Assembly (NCBI GenBank): GCA_039801565.1
Contig: JBDRUX010000081.1
Location: forward strand, 1-10,626
Reading direction: 5' to 3'
Length of the DNA stretch: 10,626 nucleotides
From: a candidate division WOR-3 bacterium
GTDB lineage: Bacteria; Hydrothermota; Tepidihabitantia; Tepidihabitantales; JAOUPE01
Position numbers and translations under genes: made by a program. The notes beneath the pieces were generated by a model. The model was not told the origin of the DNA. It worked only from the letters and a program-made list of their open reading frames with translations, and searched no databases. Shown one piece after another: positions 1 through 6,368 of the stretch. Within the stretch, counting starts at the first letter, position 1. Each line of letters opens with the position of its first letter.

Positions 1-231
1 GAGGCGATTATTGAAAAAGCAAAACTTGAAGCACAGACCATCATTCAAAAAGCCGAAGATGAAACAAAACGGTTAAGAGCTGAAATTAGCGAATTAACGA
101 TTAAGAAACATACCTTTGTGCAGGAGATTCGAAATATTATCCAAAGTTATTTAGCAATGCTGGAACATTGGGAGAAAAAAGAATCAAACGAAGAGAAACA
201 TTATGAAGGAGAAGATCGCAGAAAGCGTTAA
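1..231 (+). CDS. 3' end of a coiled-coil protein, probably DivIVA-domain (partial, truncated by window start)
   Basis: Frame 1 is open from base 1 to TAA at 229-231: EAIIEKAKLEAQTIIQKAEDETKRLRAEISELTIKKHTFVQEIRNIIQSYLAMLEHW... The pattern 'A..II..A..EA..II..A' resembles DivIVA C-terminal coiled coils, and divIVA-PNP adjacency is a familiar gene order. Overlaps the next ATG by 29 nt. Confidence 0.7.
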   Translation, partial: EAIIEKAKLEAQTIIQKAEDETKRLRAEISELTIKKHTFVQEIRNIIQSYLAMLEHWEKKESNEEKHYEGEDRRKR

Positions 232-1015
232 GGCAATCAAAAATAAACTAAATTTTAAACCGGAAATTGGAATTATTCTTGGTACTGGGTTAGGGATGTT
301 AGCCAAAGATGTTGAGCCTATAGCAGTAATCCCTTATCAAGAAATTCCTCATTTTCCAATTCCGACCGTCGAGAGTCATTCCGGTCGGTTCATTTTAGGT
401 AACTTGAGTGGGAAAAAAGTTGCGGTGATGCAGGGGCGTTTTCATTATTATGAAGGATACACGATGCAAGAGATTACGCATCCAATCCGGGTGATGCACG
501 GCTTGGGAATAAAAATTCTTATTGTTTCGAATGCCTGCGGTGGTCTGAATCCGCTGTTTTCTGCCGGCGACATAATGATTATCACCGACCATATCAATCT
601 TTTAGGAGACAATCCATTACGGGGTGTTACCGACCCAGATTTTGGACCAAGGTTTCCGGATATGTATAATTGTTATGACCGAGAATTGATTGCCTTAACC
701 GAAAAGGTTGCTTTGGACTTAAAATTACCAATCCGGCGTGGTGTCTATTTAGCGACAATTGGACCAAATTTAGAAACCGCCGCTGAATATCGTTTCTTCC
801 GAAATATCGGAGCCGACGCAGTTGGGATGTCAACCGTTCCCGAAGTTATTGTCGCTCGCCAGGTCGGTATTAAAGTCTTAGGACTTTCGGTCGTTACGGA
901 TATGGGATTGCCAGATGCGATGCGGCCGGTCAATTTGGCAGAAATATTAAATATCGCCAGCCAAGCCGAACCAAAACTTACTGCCTTGGTTCGCGAAGTG
1001 GTGAGGCGATTATAA
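203..1015 (+). CDS. punA: Purine-nucleoside phosphorylase (trimeric PNP/XapA/PunA family)
   Basis: Motifs IILGTGLG, GRFHYYEGY, SNACGGLN, DHINL, GPRFPDM, GPNLETAAE, GADAVGMSTVPE. Confidence 0.95.
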   Translation: MKEKIAESVKAIKNKLNFKPEIGIILGTGLGMLAKDVEPIAVIPYQEIPHFPIPTVESHSGRFILGNLSGKKVAVMQGRFHYYEGYTMQEITHPIRVMHGLGIKILIVSNACGGLNPLFSAGDIMIITDHINLLGDNPLRGVTDPDFGPRFPDMYNCYDRELIALTEKVALDLKLPIRRGVYLATIGPNLETAAEYRFFRNIGADAVGMSTVPEVIVARQVGIKVLGLSVVTDMGLPDAMRPVNLAEILNIASQAEPKLTALVREVVRRL

Positions 1016-1020
1016 GACAA

Positions 1021-1845
1021 ATGCACCGAATCCTTTTAATTATTGGCTTGTTGCTCTTTTTTTGCAATTGTACCAAGCGACCGATTGTAAAACCACCGAT
1101 TCGACCAGTTGATGAACAATTTGAATTGGCAATGGCCAATCTTAAAAAGAAACTTTACGATAAAGCAATTACTGGTTTTTCGGACATAATCTTCAATTAT
1201 CCGGGCAGTCGTTATGCGGCAGATGCCCAATATTATCTGGCCGTCGCATACTTTGAAAAACGGGACTATGTTCAAGCGATAACCGAATTCGATTTTTTTA
1301 TTAAAAACTTTCCGGCTAGTCAATTTATTGAATCGGCGATGGTAAAATTGGCTTTAGCCTATTTGCGTTCCAATTCTAATATTGAACGGGACCAGATTCA
1401 GTTAATTAAAGCCTCCGAACTGCTAATGGAGGTGCAGGAAAAATTTCCTAATTCGGAATACCGCTCTGAAATTGAAAAGGTCCAAACTGAACTGGAGGAA
1501 AGATTGGCAAATAAAGAGTTTAAAGCAGCAAGTTTGTACTTTCGTGCCGGAGAGTTTGAGGCAGCGCGAATTTATTACGAACACATCTTAGAACATTACC
1601 CAAAAACAACCTGGGCACATAAGGCAAAGTTCCCCTTGGCCATTGCGTATTTTAATAATGGTGCTTTTGAACAAGCTCGCCAATTATTTGAAGAATTAGC
1701 AAGTGACAGTACCCAACCAGTAATTCAGCGAAAAGCAATAATACAATTAAAAAAATTAGAAGATGAGGTGCTAAAAAATCGGAATAAAGAAAACTTAAAC
1801 GAGTTGGTTCCGGAAACTCAGGATAGCAAAGTCGGCGAAAACTAA
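1021..1845 (+). CDS. bamD: Outer-membrane protein assembly factor BamD (TPR lipoprotein)
   Basis: Lipoprotein-like signal (MHRILLIIGLLLFFCNC); TPR-like segments YPGSRYAADAQYYLA, ERDQ, FPNSEY, LANKEFKAASLYFRAGEFEAARIYYEHILEHYPKT. Confidence 0.88.
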   Translation: MHRILLIIGLLLFFCNCTKRPIVKPPIRPVDEQFELAMANLKKKLYDKAITGFSDIIFNYPGSRYAADAQYYLAVAYFEKRDYVQAITEFDFFIKNFPASQFIESAMVKLALAYLRSNSNIERDQIQLIKASELLMEVQEKFPNSEYRSEIEKVQTELEERLANKEFKAASLYFRAGEFEAARIYYEHILEHYPKTTWAHKAKFPLAIAYFNNGAFEQARQLFEELASDSTQPVIQRKAIIQLKKLEDEVLKNRNKENLNELVPETQDSKVGEN

Positions 1846-1859
1846 TAAAAATTAGTTAA

Positions 1860-2474
1860 ATGGTTAGGGTCCGAAAAAAGATTGGTATTTTTGGCGGTTC
1901 ATTCAACCCAGTTCACCTCGGTCATCTTTTAGTGGCTCAAGATATTTTCGAGAAACTAAAATTGGATAAGATGCTTTTCATTCCAGCCTTTGCTCCACCG
2001 CATAAGCGGCACTTGCTATCCTACCAACATCGCTTTAAAATGTTGAAATTAGCAATCGCCGGTAATCCGTTTTTTGAATTGTCAGATATCGAAGCAAAAC
2101 GGGGTGGAAAATCGTTTACCGTTGATACCTTGCGAGAACTTAAAAAAATCTATCCCAATGACCAATTGTATTTGATAATTGGCGCTGACCAATTCCGTGA
2201 ACTTTCCAATTGGAAAGAGCCAAAAAAACTTTGCCAACTGGCGAAGATAGTGGTGATGTCAAGACCTAACTGCCCAATCCCGGCGGCCAAAAACCGCCTT
2301 GCCAATACAATGACATTAAAGGTTATTCAAATTGAGATTGCAAGCAAGTTGATTCGAAAGAGAATCAGTCAAGGTCTTTCAGTTCGTTATATGTTGCCAG
2401 AAAAGGTTTGGCACTATATAATTAAAAACAGATTGTATCAAAATTCCGCATTCCGTTACCCGTTCACCACTTAA
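1860..2474 (+). CDS. nadD: Nicotinate-nucleotide adenylyltransferase
   Basis: GIFGGSFNPVHLGH (HxGH), PPHK, SFTVDTL, IIGADQF..W, IRKR..G.SVRYMLP..V..YI....LY. Confidence 0.95.
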   Translation: MVRVRKKIGIFGGSFNPVHLGHLLVAQDIFEKLKLDKMLFIPAFAPPHKRHLLSYQHRFKMLKLAIAGNPFFELSDIEAKRGGKSFTVDTLRELKKIYPNDQLYLIIGADQFRELSNWKEPKKLCQLAKIVVMSRPNCPIPAAKNRLANTMTLKVIQIEIASKLIRKRISQGLSVRYMLPEKVWHYIIKNRLYQNSAFRYPFTT

Positions 2475-2589
2475 AGTCCTTAAATAAATCCAACTATTTC
2501 TGCGAGGAAAGTAGCAAGTGACACGCAGATAGTGGTAAAAGACCAGCTGTAATTAGTTAATATTTTGTTAATGCAGTCTTTTCCTTCAC

Positions 2590-3045
2590 TATTGCCGCCG
2601 ATTAACTGAAATGAGACGACGCCTAATTTGAATCGGCAAGGTCCAAAAGGGGAGGCTAAAGATATACCTTTCGGCTGGGTCAAATAAATAATCTACCGCT
2701 TAAAAGTGTGGATTCGGCTGTGGTTTCTTGGTCTTAAAATCATCAATTGCAATAAATAGCGGTAGTTTAAAGAGATTAACCTGAAATATTGCCCAATTAA
2801 TGTCTGCCGGCGATTTTTTTCGACTTGCCAATGGCTATAAGTTTGAAGAAGTCAATTAATGGAGAAGGGTGATAGTTAAGTAGTAAAAGGGGTCGGTTTA
2901 ATTTAGCAATTGTTTTTGCGGATTTGTCCATAAATAAAGTGTCGATGAAATTGATGGTATGATTCTTTTGCGGTCGGCTCAATGGTAAGTTAATTATTTG
3001 TAAAAAGTTAACCCCAGTGTTGGCTGGTGTTATGATTTTAAACAT
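2590..3045 (-). pseudogene. Decayed DDE transposase N-terminal fragment (IS701/IS4-like)
   Basis: AAGGAG RBS then ATG at 3045. Hand-spliced across two frameshifts (~2840, ~2800) and a TAA (2700-2702) it reads LSRPQKNHTINFIDTL..KTIAKLNR..HPSPLIDFF/TYSHWQVEKNRRQ/INWAIFQVNLFKLPLFIAIDDFKTKKP..HF*AVDYLFD. The 'hhhIDD...K' element (2739-2747) matches the first catalytic Asp strand of IS4-superfamily transposases. No later catalytic motifs or terminal repeats recognised. Confidence 0.65.
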
Positions 3046-3119
3046 AGTCTCCTTTTATGCCCATAAACTACAGTAAGTTATTGATTTCTTAAGCTTAATA
3101 TCTCTTGACATATCATAAG

Positions 3120-3394
3120 GGGCTAGCCTAGGGGCTACTCCCTGGCTAACCCGTAGGCGGTGTAGGGAACGGTATCGAGGGTAGGTCTTGGGCTTGACTT
3201 GTTAGATGCCCGGGTATTTGGCATAGGGGAAGCGTAAAATGCGGGTTCGGACGCTGGCTGGGAGAGAGGTTCGTAAACCAACAGATAGTCAGACAGAAAG
3301 GTTGGCTCGAAAGCAGGCAGAGAGGTTGACTCATAATCTGGCTAATCGGCAAGCTTGGAGACTTGGACGAAGGCAGGTTAGTAAAAGAAGCTAA
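3120..3394. repeat. Degenerate 12-nt-period tract, G-rich on + strand
   Basis: Units from 3254: ctggctgggaga gaggttcgtaaa ccaacagatagt cagacagaaagg ttggctcgaaag caggcagagagg ttgactcataat ctggctaatcgg caagcttggaga cttggacgaagg caggttagtaaa. Translates as tetrapeptide repeats on both strands. Confidence 0.5.
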
Positions 3395-3446
3395 GAGAGT
3401 AACGATTGGTTTTATTCGGCTCCTTAAGCCAAGATAAAAGTCTTTT

Positions 3447-3468
3447 GTTCGATAAATCGCACCGCTAC
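3447..3468 (-). repeat. REP-like GTAG-capped palindrome
   Basis: Minus strand GTAG-CG-GTGCGA-TTTA-TCGAAC (5 of 6 stem pairs), 3 nt after the stop codon of the propeller A gene. Confidence 0.4.
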
Positions 3469-3471
3469 AAC

Positions 3472-4800
3472 TTATTTCACAACCAGAAACTTTTTGGTCT
3501 GGTTGCTAACCTTTAAGAAGTAGATTCCAGAATTGATTCCTTTCAGGGAGATTTTAAATTCATTTTTACCAGCAGGCAGGGCAATCTCTTTTATTAGCTT
3601 TCCTGAGACATCAAAGATTTTGACTTCTTTCACGGAAGACGGACAACGGACACGCATCACGGCTTTTGCCGGGTTGGGGTAGACAACACTTGGAATTTCG
3701 GTTTTTAACGAAACCACTCTTTCTTCTATTGCATTGGGTGTCCTTTGGGCATAAAGGAGACAATTATCGTCAAATCTGGTATAAGATACGTGCAGTCCCC
3801 CTTCATTATCTTTTGCTAAAGAAGGATAAAGTCCAGGATAATGCGAGTCGATTATTTCAAAATACCACATCGTATCTCTTTTCCAAGCATAAGTGAGTGG
3901 GTCACGAATTGAACTATAAACAACATTGGGATTTTCTTCATTTAACACCATTTCACCACCGCACTCGCCCCAACCATTAGTTGCCACAAACTCAATTGTC
4001 CAAGTATCACTACTTTTAACAGCGTAAAAAAGTTCAATGAGACGTTGGTAGTAGATATGAATTCGATTGTAAATGTCAGTTTTTAAAGAGTAAACATAGT
4101 AATTGGAATACCAATGGCGTTCAATGGTATCAATTGCCCAGTTTTGACCATTAAAACGGGTGCAGAATAAGTATCCACTATCAATCGGATCAGGATAATA
4201 ATTCTCAAAAGCAATAATCGGATAATTTGTCTGGTCAAGGTCAATTGCGGTAGTGAGTAGAAAAGGGGTAGGAATTCTGTTTTCTGCCCAAACAGTTTGG
4301 GTTATCCAGCTATCCCCACTTTTGAATGCATACCGGATTCCGCGGGTAGAATCATTGTAATTTATAAAAGAGTAGCTGATATGGGGGATACCATTAAATA
4401 GTTTCAAATCTATATATTTACTCCACAGTATATATTGGGAAGCGACTTTGAAGCTGTCAATCTTTGAAATTTGCCAAGAGTTGCCATCGTAATAAGCGTA
4501 TTTTAAAATGCAAGAATCCTTAAAATAAGCAATGTGGGGGGCATTTTGGTCATCTAAATACAATTTAGCGGTTCTGTTATGTCCAATAGTGTCAACGAGC
4601 TGTAACTCCCAACCGATTCCGTTCCATTGAGCATATTTGAGCCAACCAGAGCAATATGCGATATGAGGGTGATTCTCGGTATCTATACCAATTGATGAAC
4701 ATTCAGCGCTCACACTATCAACCAATTCAATAGTCCAGTGCTAGGCGAATATACCCGTTGATACAATAAAAATAGTCATCAATATTAAAAAGCTTTTCAT
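3472..4800 (-). pseudogene. Secreted 7-repeat beta-propeller-like protein with T9SS-type CTD (propeller A); in-frame TAG at codon 20
   Basis: GAGAGG RBS; ATG at 4800 gives MKSFLILMTIFIVSTGIFA*HWTIELVDS, in frame with the listed 3472..4725 ORF. Seven W-x-x-E/Q-x-V/I-D...D...PHI-x-Y type repeats; CTD VYPNPA...KIFDVSGKLI...GIYFL...TKKFLVVK. Confidence 0.85.
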
Positions 4801-4834
4801 TTTCTGCCTCTCATTTTCTACATGGTATTTTAGC

Positions 4835-4853
4835 GCCGAAGTTTACCTTCGGC
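4835..4853. repeat. Intergenic hairpin (REP-like or mRNA-stabilising)
   Basis: Perfect 7-bp stem GCCGAAG-tttac-CTTCGGC, preceded by TTAGC on +. No U-tract follows on the coding (minus) strand. Confidence 0.5.
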
Positions 4854-4888
4854 AAAGTTCTTAAAAGATTGGCGGAAGTTAAGCATTT

Positions 4889-6325
4889 CTACTTTATTAA
4901 AACCAATTTTTTGGTCTTTGTTTCGTTGCCTGATTTCAATACGAGCCAGTAAATACCGTTGTGCAGTCGGTTAAGATTAATCGCATCGGTGTAATAACCG
5001 GCTTTCATCCTTTCGTCCTTTAGTCTCATCATTACTCGACCCGACGAGTCATAAAGCATAATCTTTATTATTTCGTCCTTAGGAAGTCCGCAAGACAATT
5101 TTAGGATTTTAGAAGTCACGATTGATGAATGCATAGTTAGACACAGTTCTTTAGACAGTTCCGACTTTGCCGCTTTTTCAATGATTTCAGAAGAAACCCT
5201 CCGAGCATAGCAGAGTACATCATAAGCTACATCACCCCGAATGAAGCACACATATTCTCCATTTTCAACTTCCCTAGCCAAAGATGGATAAAGTGCCTCA
5301 TAGTTAGGTTCGATTATCTCATATCGCCAAAGCGTGTCAATTTTGTATGCGTAAGTGAGATAGTCCTCTATAGAGCTCCATACAACTTTTGGTTTGTCAC
5401 CGTCCAGCACCATATCGCCTCTTGACTCAAATAATCCATTAAATCCTAACCATTCAAAATACCAAGTGTCGCCACATTCTATAGCATAAAAGAGGTCGAA
5501 GTCATTTTGATAGAAAATATGGACACGACCAGAATTGTCAAGCTTTAGTGAATAAACAAAATAACCAGCCTGTGAACTATGAGCTACAGTATCGATTACC
5601 CAATTTAGTCCATCGAAACGGGCACAGAACAAGTACCCTGTGTTTATTGGTGCAGGATAATAATATTCAAAGACAATTACTGGATACCCGGTCCTATCAA
5701 CGTCAATTGCAGTAGTGGAGAGATAAGAATGGGGAATTCCGTCTTCTTCCCAAACCGACTGAATAATCCAGCTATCACCGCTTTTGTATGCATATCTAAT
5801 TCCATGGATAGAATCTTTCCAGTTTATAAACGAATAACTTATATAAGGAATGCCACTTTGAGACAATGTCATATCAAAACACCCTCTTGGTATATGGTAG
5901 TAACGAAGATTTTTTACACTATCAATTACGGAAATTTGCCAAGAACCACCATCATAATAAGCATATTTATACTGGCAAGAATCTTTAACATAAACATAAG
6001 CGATATGAGAATGATTTTGGTTGTCTAAACGAAGTCTAACCGCCTTGAAAACTGGTATTCCAGTGTTTAAAGCTTCAGTCGTCTCAACTGGTTGGAATTC
6101 CCAAGTAACTCCGTTCCAGCTAGCGTATTTTATCCAATAAGAATAAAAATTTCCTCCCAATCTTTGGCGAGTGCAATAAGCGAGTTGAGGGTTATTTTGT
6201 ATATCCATAGCGATTGAACAATCAAACATATAGTCTATACTATCAATAGGCTCAATTATCCAATTCTGGGCAGAAACAGACCTCGACAATATATAAATCA
6301 TTGTAAGTATCACAAACCTTTTCAT
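4889..6325 (-). CDS. Secreted 7-repeat beta-propeller-like protein with T9SS-type CTD (propeller B), intact
   Basis: AAGGAG RBS precedes ATG at 6325, a better start than GTG at 6340. Signal peptide MKRFVILTMIYILSRSVSA/Q; seven repeats colinear with propeller A (e.g. GIRYAYKSGDSWI vs GIRYAFKSGDSWI); CTD LYDSSGRV...NGIYWLVLKS..TKKLVLIK; ends at TAG. Confidence 0.9.
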   Translation of the reverse strand: MKRFVILTMIYILSRSVSAQNWIIEPIDSIDYMFDCSIAMDIQNNPQLAYCTRQRLGGNFYSYWIKYASWNGVTWEFQPVETTEALNTGIPVFKAVRLRLDNQNHSHIAYVYVKDSCQYKYAYYDGGSWQISVIDSVKNLRYYHIPRGCFDMTLSQSGIPYISYSFINWKDSIHGIRYAYKSGDSWIIQSVWEEDGIPHSYLSTTAIDVDRTGYPVIVFEYYYPAPINTGYLFCARFDGLNWVIDTVAHSSQAGYFVYSLKLDNSGRVHIFYQNDFDLFYAIECGDTWYFEWLGFNGLFESRGDMVLDGDKPKVVWSSIEDYLTYAYKIDTLWRYEIIEPNYEALYPSLAREVENGEYVCFIRGDVAYDVLCYARRVSSEIIEKAAKSELSKELCLTMHSSIVTSKILKLSCGLPKDEIIKIMLYDSSGRVMMRLKDERMKAGYYTDAINLNRLHNGIYWLVLKSGNETKTKKLVLIK

Positions 6326-6368
6326 CTGGACTCCTTTCACTTAAAGGGTCGGTGGAAACTAATCATTT

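Noticed and set aside
395..1323. Minus-strand ORFs 395..592, 627..833, 745..1026, 1036..1323
   Set aside because: Antisense shadows of well-supported PNP and bamD genes; no recognisable motifs.
3120..3394. CRISPR array or tRNA/rRNA in the GC-richer intergenic tract
   Set aside because: No conserved repeat-spacer structure, cloverleaf or rRNA motifs.
4741..4891. Genome-wide TAG reassignment (Gln or pyrrolysine)
   Set aside because: TAG at 4889-4891 terminates propeller B exactly at the end of its CTD, so TAG acts as a stop here; no pyl genes or suppressor tRNA in the window.
3666..6028. Plus-strand ORFs 3666..3896 and 5729..6028
   Set aside because: Antisense to the propeller genes; no RBS or domain evidence.
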